A DNA stretch of 29,588 bases from a virus (lineage: Duplodnaviria; Caudoviricetes), in IMG/VR virus record IMGVR_UViG_3300025751_000098, positions 1 through 29,588 of that record; one strand, 5' to 3'. The notes beneath the pieces are model-generated. The model did not search any database. It was not told the origin of the DNA and worked only from the letters and a program-made list of their open reading frames with translations. The position numbers and the translations under genes are program-made. Position 1 is the first letter of the stretch, and every line of letters begins with the position of its first letter. Of the stretch, positions 14,340 through 24,559 are shown one piece after another.

Positions 14340-17300
14340 TATTTAGTTATTAAAGCTTGTTCTAACTCATCAAATATTTTACGGAGATAAGTTATATTTT
14401 GCAAAGGAATATTTCTTCTAATAGTCCTTGCATCTGATTCTGATATTTCGCCCCTACTTATCATTGAAAGAATAACACCTGCATCATTTACTAATCCAAA
14501 TGATGGACCTGCTAAAGTACCTGCTAAATTTCTTGACTGAAATCTTGATAAAGGCTTGTCAGTTAATAGAGAACCTGCCCCAAGTCCCACTTTATCCATA
14601 ACTCCGTTTACTTCCATTATTACTGGAATTAAACCTGATCTATCTAGACCCTCTGTAATCCAAACTTCTGGATCGTCTGAAATTTCTCTTCCTGCTACAA
14701 CCGATTTTAAATAATAAACTAGCATCCCTGCCGCAATAGCTGAAGTAAAGCCTAACACTGCCGCCGCATCTTTTTGTTGCAATCCTGCAATTAAAACTTG
14801 TTGATGAGCCGCTAAACTGAAAGATTTAAACTGCATAATTGTTTTGCCGATTTCTGTATTCATAAATAATGGCACATCTCCCACTCCTTTTGTTACAATA
14901 GTTCTTTCTACATCCATATTTAAAGCATTTTGATATAATCGTAATGCATCTTTATTGCCCCACTTTTCAAGGTTAGCAATGGGAAAACCTTTTTCATCAA
15001 AAGAATGTTTTTTGATCTGGTCTTGTAAAATGCTAATATTATCTTTATCAATACCAAGAAAAGCCATATAAGTTCTTTCTTTCTTTTTTATGTTGTCAAA
15101 GTTTCTGATATTAGTTATTAACCTCTCTTGAGTAAGCATTGAAGCAAAACCTTTTTGGTAATTATTCCAATAATTTAAACCATTTAATTTGCTAAAATTT
15201 TCCGCAAAATAATCCATCATTACTGAAAATTTAGAATCTCTATTATAAGGATTATTTAAATCTGCCATTACCGCTGTTCTTTGTCCTAATATATTTTCCT
15301 TATATTGCCCCGTCAATCCCGCATCTTTTGCTGATAATTTAACTGCTTTTACATTAGTAATTAATGTTTTTAATCCTTTGCCAAATACTCTATTTAAACC
15401 ATGTACTGTGTTATGTCTTGTTATGTCTGCAATAGAAGAAAAAACCACTCCACCTAGCTTAGTCATATAATTAAGAGTTCTTACAGCTTGCGTTCCTTTT
15501 GTAAAAATACCATCTGGATCACTACTTCTATATTGCCCTCTCAATACATCTCGCAAAGTTTCTATTGTTTTAATATCTTCCTTTTCTTGTTTATTTAATT
15601 TTTGTAATTCTTTTTCGCTTTTTGCTTTTTTTCTTAATTCTGTGTATTCTTCGTTTATTTCTCTTATTTGTGTTTTTAAATTTACATCTCCAAATCTTCT
15701 TTTTATTTCTACATCTGTCGCTAATGTTCTTGTGTAAGATTTAGCAATTCTTGTAATATCAGTATCAAGAAATGGTCTTAACTCCTCATCTGTTACAAAT
15801 GTTAATACTCTTTCTTTTGCTGGTCCTCTAGCACCTACCGCTATGTCGTAAGGCATACTCGCACCCCCTTTTCTTTCTACCCCTCTTATATTATCATAAA
15901 CACTATTTACAATATCATCTATAAATTCCTCCCCTGCAAAACCTGATTTAACATCTTGTAAACCTTTTTCAATTACTGATCTAAAATTTTGTAATCTTGC
16001 CAATTCTTCTGGGTCAGTTGCTTTTGCAATTTGTGAATCAATATCTCTTAATTTTGTGTCATCAATTTGTTTACCAAATAAAACTTGACTATCTTTTTTT
16101 TGATTTTCAAACTTTGCTTCTAAAGAAGTTTTTTTCTTTTTTAAGGAGTCAACTTCTTTTTTAAACTCTGCCTTCTTTCCTAATTCAGATATTCTTGTGT
16201 TTATTTCTCCTACTTGGCTAATAATAGCTTCTTCTTTTTTTCTAAATTCATTTTGTAGCTGTGGGATTAATCTTTCTTTTGCACCTTTTCTGATCAGATT
16301 TTTAAAATCCTTTTCTTGTGAGATAATTTTTTCTGTGTTGTATTTTCTCATTAAATAAGAGGTTGCTGTTTCAACCTTAACATCACGAGGTAATAAACCC
16401 TGTTCAATAGCTTCTTCTTTTAATGGGTCAAATACCTCTTTTCTAAAAAGTCTTGCTGTTGCTTCTACTTCTGGAATATCTGATTTATCGCCTCTAATCA
16501 TCGCTAGAGACACTTCATCATAAAACTTATCTATACCTATGTTAAAAAATCTTTTCCCCCCACCTACTCCTTTTTGTTTCGCATATTGTTTATAATTATT
16601 TACTGCACCTTCTATTGCTGTTCCTAACCCTGCATCATATTTTTTTATCGCTATTTCTGCTGAAGCATCCGTTCTTATACCCTCTTCATTTTTTGTTAAA
16701 AATACATTATTTCTTACTAATTTAGGTAATGTTTTTCTTACTTTTAAAGACGGCGAGTTTTCGAATGTTCTTAATATTGGATTTATAAAAGCTGTTGATT
16801 TAACTAACCCCTTTATTCCTGCACCTCCTGCAATAGTCTCTTGTTCTAAAGTGGTTTCTCTTTCCTGCATAGTTAAAGGTACGAAATCCTCATCTGGCTT
16901 CTGCAAGTCTTTTTCTAGTCTCTGACTTAATTCTTCAAATTCTACTTTTGAAAATTTACCTGCTAATCCACCTACAAGCCCACCTAATACAACACCACCA
17001 GCAACATTAATGACTGATTCCTCCATTGTTCTAGTTTCTTGTTGTGATTGTAATATTGTTTCAGTTGCCGCTTCGGTTACAGCTCCAATTTCTGCACCTC
17101 TAATTGCTCCTTTTAATGTTTTACCAGTTTTAAATGTTTTATAAGCTGTACCACCAATAGGAATTAAATTGATAGGATCTAATACCCCTCCTGCTATTGC
17201 TCCGACAGTACCCCATACTGGATCGTTATTTTCTCGTAATTCTAATTCTCTATCTATTTTAGTGGCTATATTATTAAATTGTGCATCATTATAAACTTTA

Positions 17301-17566
17301 CCTATAAAGCTATCTGCATAAGGCTCATATTTAGTTCCTATTAGTTTACCTCCTATATCATAATTTATATCCTCTTCTTGATCTTCTATGTTATTTGATA
17401 AGGTATTATTTAATGTTGAAGTAATAGTATTTTGTAAAACAAATTCATCTTTAAAAGATTGTAAAGCACCCTTTTTAGGCTCTTCTTGTTTTATAGGCTG
17501 ATTAATTATCTTTGACTTTTTCTGTTGTTGTTCCTGTAAAAATTCAATATCTTTAAAATAACTCAT
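14339..17566 (-). CDS. Large internal virion (ejection) protein
   Basis: 1075 aa, helical with Gly/Ala-rich hydrophobic segments, 'MQFKSF' motif; last of three core genes before the tail fibre. Confidence 0.75.
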   Translation of the reverse strand: MSYFKDIEFLQEQQQKKSKIINQPIKQEEPKKGALQSFKDEFVLQNTITSTLNNTLSNNIEDQEEDINYDIGGKLIGTKYEPYADSFIGKVYNDAQFNNIATKIDRELELRENNDPVWGTVGAIAGGVLDPINLIPIGGTAYKTFKTGKTLKGAIRGAEIGAVTEAATETILQSQQETRTMEESVINVAGGVVLGGLVGGLAGKFSKVEFEELSQRLEKDLQKPDEDFVPLTMQERETTLEQETIAGGAGIKGLVKSTAFINPILRTFENSPSLKVRKTLPKLVRNNVFLTKNEEGIRTDASAEIAIKKYDAGLGTAIEGAVNNYKQYAKQKGVGGGKRFFNIGIDKFYDEVSLAMIRGDKSDIPEVEATARLFRKEVFDPLKEEAIEQGLLPRDVKVETATSYLMRKYNTEKIISQEKDFKNLIRKGAKERLIPQLQNEFRKKEEAIISQVGEINTRISELGKKAEFKKEVDSLKKKKTSLEAKFENQKKDSQVLFGKQIDDTKLRDIDSQIAKATDPEELARLQNFRSVIEKGLQDVKSGFAGEEFIDDIVNSVYDNIRGVERKGGASMPYDIAVGARGPAKERVLTFVTDEELRPFLDTDITRIAKSYTRTLATDVEIKRRFGDVNLKTQIREINEEYTELRKKAKSEKELQKLNKQEKEDIKTIETLRDVLRGQYRSSDPDGIFTKGTQAVRTLNYMTKLGGVVFSSIADITRHNTVHGLNRVFGKGLKTLITNVKAVKLSAKDAGLTGQYKENILGQRTAVMADLNNPYNRDSKFSVMMDYFAENFSKLNGLNYWNNYQKGFASMLTQERLITNIRNFDNIKKKERTYMAFLGIDKDNISILQDQIKKHSFDEKGFPIANLEKWGNKDALRLYQNALNMDVERTIVTKGVGDVPLFMNTEIGKTIMQFKSFSLAAHQQVLIAGLQQKDAAAVLGFTSAIAAGMLVYYLKSVVAGREISDDPEVWITEGLDRSGLIPVIMEVNGVMDKVGLGAGSLLTDKPLSRFQSRNLAGTLAGPSFGLVNDAGVILSMISRGEISESDARTIRRNIPLQNITYLRKIFDELEQALITK

Positions 17567-19302
17567 CTATATTGTATGTGTAGTTCTTGAAGTCTTTTTC
17601 TATTCTCTTCTCTTTGTTTTTTATTAGCTCTATCTTGTTTTATAAATTCTTTCTTACTTAATTCATTTAAAGATTCTCTTGTTTCTTTTGGTGCTTCCTT
17701 GTATCTTTCTGTTTTTGTAATATCAGGAGTCCAAACTACTGGCTTATTGCTTTCATCTCTAATATTATCTATTTTACCAAATTCATCTTCTATAAGTAAA
17801 TTATAACTAGGTTTATTCGTGTTCAAGCTATCTGGTATTATAACAGCTTTAATATTATTTTTTATTACTGATTTATCTAATAAATATTTTCCTGCAAGAT
17901 TTCTTGCTTGTTGCCCTAGCTCTTTACTTGTCATCTGTGGATATTCCGCTTCTGGTGCAAACTTTTGATATCTTTCGCCACCTATATTTGTAATAGCCCA
18001 TCTTGATTTTACTTTTTCTTTTGCAAGTTCTATTGCATCATCTATATCTGAACCATTATTAATATAATAATCTTTTGCTATTGTTAAAACATCAAAAGCC
18101 ATTTCTTTTGGTGCTTCTGCTTCAAAAAATATTCCTGACTTATCTTTTATTTCATCAGTTATATCATTTATTGTTTCAATAAATTTTTTTCCCTCTTTTG
18201 AATAATCTAACTCAAATTCTTGCTGTCTTATTATCTTATTTTTGTCTTTGTTTTTATTTATTTCATCTTCTGCAAATTTAACAACTTCTTCACTACTTAA
18301 ACCTACATTTATTCTACTTTCAATAGCTTGTGCAAATGCTTTTGTCTTTTCGTTAAATTGTCTTTCTAAAGTTGGATTTTCTCTAATTAAATTTATTATT
18401 TCGTTTGCTGATTCAATTTTTCTATCTGGATTACCTACAAATAACATTGAATTTAAACTTTTTTTATATATATCTGGCACTATACCAGTATTTACAGAAA
18501 TATCTCTTGCTAAACCTTCTGGATCATCTGTTAATTCTCTGTATTTTTCAAAGCCTTTATTTATTACTTTTCTATCATTTTTATCTGTCGAATCAAGAAG
18601 TAACTTTCCTTGTGTGGCATTTATAAAGGTTGCTTCTTGTAAAGCTTCTTGCTCTCTTTCTTTTCTTATTTTTTTAAAATCCTTTTCTAGCCTTTCAATG
18701 TCTCTCATATCTACTATGCCAGCATTTAATGCTGTGGCTTGTAAGGTTTGTAATTCGTTGGCTATACTTGCTAATTCTTCTGGTGATTGTGCGTTCTCAA
18801 AATCATCTCTTAAATCTGACACAGAACCGTAAAATTGATTCTCTCCATAAGTTTTTCTTTTTCTGGATAAATCTTTATCAATATTAAATTCTAAATCTAT
18901 TAAACTTGATTGACTTTCCCTTTCTATTAATGCTTGAATTTGCTTATTGCCTCCGAATTGTTGTTTTAATTCGTCAGTAAATAATTTTCTTCTATCTAAT
19001 ATATCTTGTTTACTCTTGGTAATTACATCTTGATTCGCCCCCTCTTCGCTTAAAGCGATCTTTTCTTGATTGTCAAATCGTCTTAATTGGTTTTTATATT
19101 GTAAAACTTGACTTGCATTAAACGCCTCTTGATCTCGCTGTTCTTGGATCATAGCTTGTTGCCCTATTCCTGCTATTGCTGAACCTAATTGAGTAATACC
19201 TTGAGCAATAAACCGCTCACCTGTATCTACTGGCTGTCTGACCGTAGGTGTTACCTGTTGTGGTCTTGCTTGTACTCCTGGACTTGTTGGAATTTTCACC
19301 AT
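17563..19302 (-). CDS. Internal virion (ejection) protein
   Basis: 579-aa helical/charged protein in the gp15-equivalent position. Confidence 0.65.
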   Translation of the reverse strand: MVKIPTSPGVQARPQQVTPTVRQPVDTGERFIAQGITQLGSAIAGIGQQAMIQEQRDQEAFNASQVLQYKNQLRRFDNQEKIALSEEGANQDVITKSKQDILDRRKLFTDELKQQFGGNKQIQALIERESQSSLIDLEFNIDKDLSRKRKTYGENQFYGSVSDLRDDFENAQSPEELASIANELQTLQATALNAGIVDMRDIERLEKDFKKIRKEREQEALQEATFINATQGKLLLDSTDKNDRKVINKGFEKYRELTDDPEGLARDISVNTGIVPDIYKKSLNSMLFVGNPDRKIESANEIINLIRENPTLERQFNEKTKAFAQAIESRINVGLSSEEVVKFAEDEINKNKDKNKIIRQQEFELDYSKEGKKFIETINDITDEIKDKSGIFFEAEAPKEMAFDVLTIAKDYYINNGSDIDDAIELAKEKVKSRWAITNIGGERYQKFAPEAEYPQMTSKELGQQARNLAGKYLLDKSVIKNNIKAVIIPDSLNTNKPSYNLLIEDEFGKIDNIRDESNKPVVWTPDITKTERYKEAPKETRESLNELSKKEFIKQDRANKKQREENRKRLQELHIQYR

Positions 19303-19790
19303 TATCTACCTGCTTTAAAAGCACCCACTTTCGATGCTCCTTGTAAACCTGTGCCAAACGCACCAAATATTGACCCTATCAAAGCATTTCTTCCTGCTCT
19401 TCTAGTATCTCTTGCTTGTTGCCCTAATTGACCAGCTCCAAATTCTAATGCTCTTGCTCTACTTTCTGCAAGTGTTCTTATATTCTCAATAGTCTCTTCT
19501 TTATCTCTTAAACTTTCATCTAATATGTCTAATGGTGAACCTTCTAATTTTACGCCACTTGCTGCAAAAGATAGTCTTTGGCGACCCATTAATTTATCAA
19601 ATGCTCTTGATTGTTGTAATGCATCAAATTCTCCTAACTCTCTTTCTAGTTGTGCTTGCTCTCTTTGGAAAGCCGCTTGTTGTTGTAAGGCTCTAGCTTG
19701 GCGTTTAGATTGTTTTTTAGCTTGTATGCCTCCAAATATCTGTCCGCCTCCTGCAATCGCTGTTCCTGCTATTACTGCACCTGTTGCCAT
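19302..19790 (-). CDS. Small internal virion protein (gp14-like)
   Basis: Gly/Ala-rich ends, Gln-rich coiled-coil, 'AASGV.LEGSPLD' motif. Confidence 0.7.
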   Translation of the reverse strand: MATGAVIAGTAIAGGGQIFGGIQAKKQSKRQARALQQQAAFQREQAQLERELGEFDALQQSRAFDKLMGRQRLSFAASGVKLEGSPLDILDESLRDKEETIENIRTLAESRARALEFGAGQLGQQARDTRRAGRNALIGSIFGAFGTGLQGASKVGAFKAGR

Positions 19791-19791
19791 A

Positions 19792-20208
19792 TTAAAAGAA
19801 TTTTACATACATATATTCATCTTTCTTGTCAAATGTTATTTTTTCTAACACTGATTCACGATGAAAACCTAACTTTTCAATCCAATTCACAAAATCATCT
19901 GTAATTGTAGTTTGTATTCTATGAAGATTCATTTTTTTAGAATATTCATTTAATAGTTTGTTAATCTCAATATAAAAGCCTTTAGGGTATTTATCAACAT
20001 AAACACTAGGAATTACCCAACAATGCCCCACTCCTTGCCTAACCCACTTTATACCGCAAGCAAATATTATCTTATCATCTATGATATAAGTTTTAGCTTC
20101 GTCACAGTCTAAAGGATAAACTTCTTCTTTTAAAACATCTAAACTAGGATAATCTATTTTGGTATTTATTAAGTCTATATGTGCGATGTTAAACTTTTTA
20201 TTTATCAT
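19792..20208 (-). CDS. GNAT-fold protein (T7 gp13-like position)
   Basis: 'IIFACGI....GVGHCW', 'LHRIQTTI...WIEKLGFHRES' GNAT-like pattern; follows tail tubular B. Confidence 0.65.
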   Translation of the reverse strand: MINKKFNIAHIDLINTKIDYPSLDVLKEEVYPLDCDEAKTYIIDDKIIFACGIKWVRQGVGHCWVIPSVYVDKYPKGFYIEINKLLNEYSKKMNLHRIQTTITDDFVNWIEKLGFHRESVLEKITFDKKDEYMYVKFF

Positions 20209-22408
20209 TTATAGTTACTTTATAAGTTATACTTTTAATTGTCATAGGTTGTGGTTCATCTTGGATAATTTCAATTTGACCCAACTTATCCCAACCTGTG
20301 GCAACTTTTATTTCTTGATCTCCGTTAAATAAAGGAGGTGCTTCATTCATATTGTTATTTAGACTCCTAGCAGGAATAATAACTTCATTACCTGCCCCAT
20401 CAATTATTTTCCCTCCTAACGTATCTGCAAATCTAACTACTATCTCGTGAATTCTTTTGTCTTTATGTTGTGATGTTCCTATCATGCCACTTAAAGCTAA
20501 GGATTCAATAGGCATATTCTTTTGCTTAGAAGAATAAGGCAATCCAATATGGATAATTGATCCTGCACTATCAATTTCTACTTCTCCACCACTAACAATT
20601 TTACTTGGTACTGTTGCACCATCTGAATTAATAGCTACTGTTTCGCCCTCTAAATGTTCTGATCCAGTTATATTTTTAATAGCAATAGCCCATTCATTAG
20701 GTAGTAATGTTGCACTAGAGAAAGTTTCTATTATGCTGACAGTTACATTTTGAGAGTCTGTAAACCCTGTTATTTTTGCTCTGCCTTTACCTATTAATTG
20801 GTGAATTTCTTTTCCTATATCGCCAGATTGGAAAGTAGAAGAATCTGCTGTAAATGTATTTCCTGATATAGTTATTGTACTTGATTGTGTGCCATTATAA
20901 CTAAGTCCAGAATCAACATAGAAACGATTTAAATTATCTACTTTATAATTAGGCTCTTGCACTTCTACAAACCTTTTAACTACTCCATTTATAGTTCGTT
21001 TTACTATTGCGTAAATTTCATCATTATCTTCTGCATCACTAACTATTGCCACTGATTCAAAGTTTCCTTGCGTAACATATCTTGACCATGCCTGCACTTG
21101 CTGATCTTGTTCTAGTGTTAATCTTGCGATTTGTCCGTCTGTTCTTACTGTCCATAATGAAGATAGTGGAATTTGCTGATATTCAAAAGAGGTAATGCCC
21201 CCATCTGTTATATGGTCAGAATCAACAGTAATATCTATTGCCTTGTATTTATCAATATCAATATCAAAAGTAATTAATCTTGCTGTTTTATTGTTCTTCT
21301 GCATATAAATAGGAGATTGTCCTACTAATTCAGGTTGAATGTTGGAGCAACCATAAGATATTTGCCTTTTTGCATCTATATCATCTGGTGCTAAGGCGGG
21401 GCTATTTCTTGAGCTTATAATTCTAAATATTGAGCCAGCAGTACCTACAAATAGAGCTTGATCAGAAAATAACCACCTTATCGGATCTCCTCTTTGTGAT
21501 GCGATTGTTATCACAAAAGGGTCATCGGAATTCGTTCCTACTTCGAAATTCTCATAATCTGCATTGGATTTAGAAAACCAAACCCTTTGACTGCCTGCTA
21601 ATACCATTCTTTGTTCGTGGAAGGTGATCGCACCTGCAAAGCCTCTAGCATTACTAAACTCACCTTCCGACCAGTTAAAGCTTGCAGTATTGTGTAGGCT
21701 TTGAGGTACATCGTTTTGAGCTACTACTGTCACTACTGTTGAGCTAGTAAACCCAGTTATTTTTACATGAGCAATATCTGTGCCACTTTTTACTTTCCAT
21801 AACCCCCCTACATGATTAGAAGTAAAAGGTGTATGGCCACCTGATGCTGTTAAGGTTAATGTTGCACCTTCTAACCATCCGTTACCTGTCAATCTTACTT
21901 CGTCTGTTGATATTATATTCTCGTCTATATATGGACCTCTTACTAAATCTACTGGATTTAATGTAAAGTTATTAGATGCTACCCTAATTAATTTTTGAAT
22001 AGGGTGGTTTGGATGTACCATGTAAATTACATCACTATCTTGTACAAACTTAATATCAAATAGTTCTGATTCTAAATAAGGATTGGATATTTCTAATATA
22101 TTTGAACCACTATCTAAAACTTGCCCTTGAGCAGAGAAGAAGCGTAAATAACCTGCTCCTAATTCGATTGTGTAAGTTTGCACTGTGCTAAATTCAAAGG
22201 GAATGAGTCTAGTTCTTTTAGTTGAGTCTTTTACTTCCGCTAGAAATCTAAAACCTTTTCTACGAAATATTGGTCCTTGTGTTAATACTACCCAATTCTC
22301 AAGAGTTTCTGAACCATTAAAATACCTCTGAAATTGCGTTCTTGAGTTTATTAATGTGCTTAACTCTCCTGCTGTAAAGTTTGTTCTTATCTCCGAAGCT
22401 CTAGGCAT
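20198..22408 (-). CDS. Tail tubular protein B (nozzle)
   Basis: 'NFTAGELS', 'GPIFRRKG', 'RLIPFEFS', 'FHEQRMVLAG', 'QQVQAWSR', 'YVDSG', 'IGLPY' motifs; 736 aa. Confidence 0.88.
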   Translation of the reverse strand: MPRASEIRTNFTAGELSTLINSRTQFQRYFNGSETLENWVVLTQGPIFRRKGFRFLAEVKDSTKRTRLIPFEFSTVQTYTIELGAGYLRFFSAQGQVLDSGSNILEISNPYLESELFDIKFVQDSDVIYMVHPNHPIQKLIRVASNNFTLNPVDLVRGPYIDENIISTDEVRLTGNGWLEGATLTLTASGGHTPFTSNHVGGLWKVKSGTDIAHVKITGFTSSTVVTVVAQNDVPQSLHNTASFNWSEGEFSNARGFAGAITFHEQRMVLAGSQRVWFSKSNADYENFEVGTNSDDPFVITIASQRGDPIRWLFSDQALFVGTAGSIFRIISSRNSPALAPDDIDAKRQISYGCSNIQPELVGQSPIYMQKNNKTARLITFDIDIDKYKAIDITVDSDHITDGGITSFEYQQIPLSSLWTVRTDGQIARLTLEQDQQVQAWSRYVTQGNFESVAIVSDAEDNDEIYAIVKRTINGVVKRFVEVQEPNYKVDNLNRFYVDSGLSYNGTQSSTITISGNTFTADSSTFQSGDIGKEIHQLIGKGRAKITGFTDSQNVTVSIIETFSSATLLPNEWAIAIKNITGSEHLEGETVAINSDGATVPSKIVSGGEVEIDSAGSIIHIGLPYSSKQKNMPIESLALSGMIGTSQHKDKRIHEIVVRFADTLGGKIIDGAGNEVIIPARSLNNNMNEAPPLFNGDQEIKVATGWDKLGQIEIIQDEPQPMTIKSITYKVTINDK

Positions 22409-23022
22409 TATGAAAAAGTTATACCATTAATATTATTGCCAAAATTAAAGCCAGTCACCCTTGAAGCACTAAAAGAACTAGAAGTGTCTGCTATATCATT
22501 ATCCTCTTGGTTGTCTCTTTCTCTCGCTAGAGATAATGTTTCTATAAAATCTTGTTTAATTCTAGCTGTTCTAGTTTCATCAGAAGTCAAAGAGTAAGCT
22601 ATCTCATAAGCTAATTTTGAAGAAAAAGCCTCTATGAATAAAGAATCATATTTATTAGGGTCTGTTTCTTTACCAATAAATCTAATATTTACAGTTGGTT
22701 CATTTGTAACAAGGAAATTATTTTCTAGTTTAAAATCAATATCATTTTCTACCGAAAGTAATTTTATAAAGATTGGAATTGTTGGTAATATAAATCTGTT
22801 TGTATATTGAAACACAGGAGTGCCAGATGCATCTAAATTTAATGATTGACGGAATATGGCAAAGTTCCAGTTGTGCATCCTTAGAACCTCTAAAAGAACC
22901 GTATCATAGCTTGCTTTGCATAGAGTGGCTTCTGGTGAAGTATCTGTATCAATGTTTATTAAAGCCTTAGCTCCTAATTTTCTTAATGCTTTATTACAAA
23001 TAGAAGTTTTTGATACAGACAT
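22408..23022 (-). CDS. Tail tubular protein A (adaptor)
   Basis: 'ICNKALRKLG', 'HNWNFA', 'YDSLFIEAFSSKLAYEIA'; position after the capsid genes. Confidence 0.85.
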   Translation of the reverse strand: MSVSKTSICNKALRKLGAKALINIDTDTSPEATLCKASYDTVLLEVLRMHNWNFAIFRQSLNLDASGTPVFQYTNRFILPTIPIFIKLLSVENDIDFKLENNFLVTNEPTVNIRFIGKETDPNKYDSLFIEAFSSKLAYEIAYSLTSDETRTARIKQDFIETLSLARERDNQEDNDIADTSSSFSASRVTGFNFGNNINGITFS

Positions 23023-23025
23023 AAT

Positions 23026-23053
23026 AAAAAAATTGAGGGGGATTTCTCCCCCT
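23026..23053 (-). terminator. Rho-independent terminator after the capsid/decoration genes
   Basis: Minus strand AGGGGGA-GAAA-TCCCCCT followed by CAA and T7. Confidence 0.8.
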
Positions 23054-23059
23054 GCTTTG

Positions 23060-23545
23060 TTATAGGGTATATTTTACAATACCTGTTACAGTACCTGATG
23101 CAGTTCCAACTGTATTACCAGTCAAAACTATATCAACTAATTTGTGAGGGTCTTCTGTTAGTCCAGCTAACTCCCAAACCTCTTTACCAATATTAGCAAT
23201 ATCAATAGAACCTAATCCATCAATAGAGCCTGCCGAAGCTAAAGAAGTTGTACCAAGTAATGCATTAGCATCAATAGCTACACCCTCATCAATATCATAG
23301 AAGCCTAAGAAAAAATCTGTACCTCCTGTGATAGCATCGTTTTTAATGGTAATGTCTGTTAATACAGCATTAGACGGGATTCTGGCGATTCGATAAGTTG
23401 AAGTGTCATCGTCAGTTGCGTTAATTTCTAGGGTATCAATAGAAGTTCTAATAATACCTTTTGAAGTTTTAGCATTTGGCATAATCAAAGTATCTTGATC
23501 TAAGCCATCAAGGTTTATTGTTCCTTTTTTGTTTACAATAGCCAT
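23060..23545 (-). CDS. Capsid decoration/cement protein (putative)
   Basis: 161-aa beta-rich Gly/Thr/Asp protein directly after the major capsid gene and before the terminator. Confidence 0.6.
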   Translation of the reverse strand: MAIVNKKGTINLDGLDQDTLIMPNAKTSKGIIRTSIDTLEINATDDDTSTYRIARIPSNAVLTDITIKNDAITGGTDFFLGFYDIDEGVAIDANALLGTTSLASAGSIDGLGSIDIANIGKEVWELAGLTEDPHKLVDIVLTGNTVGTASGTVTGIVKYTL

Positions 23546-23570
23546 AATTTTATTTTATTTAAAGTTAATA

Positions 23571-24440
23571 TTAAGATTCTGTGCAAGGAATACGAACGAT
23601 TTTTTCGTCCTCTACTCTAGTCGCTCCAATGTCTAATTTGATATACATTGTTTTAGTGAATGATCTCTCGACATTTTCACCAACTTTCATTGTAATATCA
23701 TTTGCCATTGCGAAGCCTAAAGCGTTTTCAGTATAAAGTAAAACATCTCTATCTCCATTTGAGTCAAGAAGTAATCTTTCTGATAAGATGAAGTTAATAT
23801 TGTTCCATACACCGATAATGCCTTTATCTAGTACCGCACCCGTTGTAAAGTCCCTATTGATAATTTTATTATCATCTTCTAACTGTCTATGTTGTTTAGC
23901 TGTTAAAACACAATATAGCTTCTCATCTGGATCAACATCAGCCGATCTAATGATCTCACGACCATTAAGGATTCTATCAGCAGTTAAGCCAGAAGCAGGA
24001 GTTGGGACGACTTGAGAGCTAGGGAAGTTAACTGCAACATTACCATCTTTACCTTCAAATGCTTTACCAGTTGCGGCAGCGATAATTACATCATCTTTCT
24101 TCCTTTTGGCAGCATTTAATAATGCTTTCATATAATCACTTTCTAAACCAGAAATGGTCGATCTAGCGGTATCGAAATCATCAATAAATAAAGAGCCGTG
24201 AAAAGGTGCTGGTGTCATCTTTCTTCTTGAATGAATAGGATCTAAATAAGGAGTTTCTGGATTTCTACCAATCTTTTCTTCTAAGTTTAAAGAACCTAGT
24301 TTATGAAAAAAGAATTCTTCTGCTTTCACAGATTCTTTTCTTCTTACTGTTCCGTCTAAACGGACATTGTTTTGTTGTACAGCCTGGATAATATCGTCCT
24401 TAAACTGTTTTACATGAATTTGATTTTGAGTATTTGACAT
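23571..24440 (-). CDS. Major capsid protein
   Basis: 'VKQF...I....QQ...RL', 'AAKRKKDDVII.A', 'INRDF', C-terminal 'GATRVEDEKIVRI'; located after the scaffold. Confidence 0.88.
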   Translation of the reverse strand: MSNTQNQIHVKQFKDDIIQAVQQNNVRLDGTVRRKESVKAEEFFFHKLGSLNLEEKIGRNPETPYLDPIHSRRKMTPAPFHGSLFIDDFDTARSTISGLESDYMKALLNAAKRKKDDVIIAAATGKAFEGKDGNVAVNFPSSQVVPTPASGLTADRILNGREIIRSADVDPDEKLYCVLTAKQHRQLEDDNKIINRDFTTGAVLDKGIIGVWNNINFILSERLLLDSNGDRDVLLYTENALGFAMANDITMKVGENVERSFTKTMYIKLDIGATRVEDEKIVRIPCTES

Positions 24441-24443
24441 TGT

Positions 24444-24536
24444 TTGAGTCTTTGAAATTAATTAAATAACATTTAAATTGCGATTATTCGCATCTCAAAT
24501 TGCTACCCATCAATTTTCAAAGACTCAAGAGCTACC
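24444..24536 (-). promoter_or_regulatory. Structured leader upstream of the major capsid gene
   Basis: Perfect 14-bp inverted repeat 24444-24457 / 24515-24528, internal TGCGA-TTAT-TCGCA hairpin (24479-24492), two GGTAGC copies on the - strand. Confidence 0.65.
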
Positions 24537-24559
24537 TCTTACTTATATGGACAATCATC

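Noticed and set aside
18242-19904. Several + strand ORFs (up to 196 aa) opposite the internal virion genes
   Set aside because: Ser/Leu/Phe-rich antisense shadows of Glu/Lys/Gln-rich genes with no motifs.
23545-23610. T7 10A/10B-style frameshift fusing the capsid to the decoration protein at GAA AAA ATC
   Set aside because: The intergenic gap is 25 nt, so the downstream gene is in the +1 frame, which has a TAA before its ATG. The -1 frame stops a few codons into the next gene, and there is no canonical slippery heptamer.
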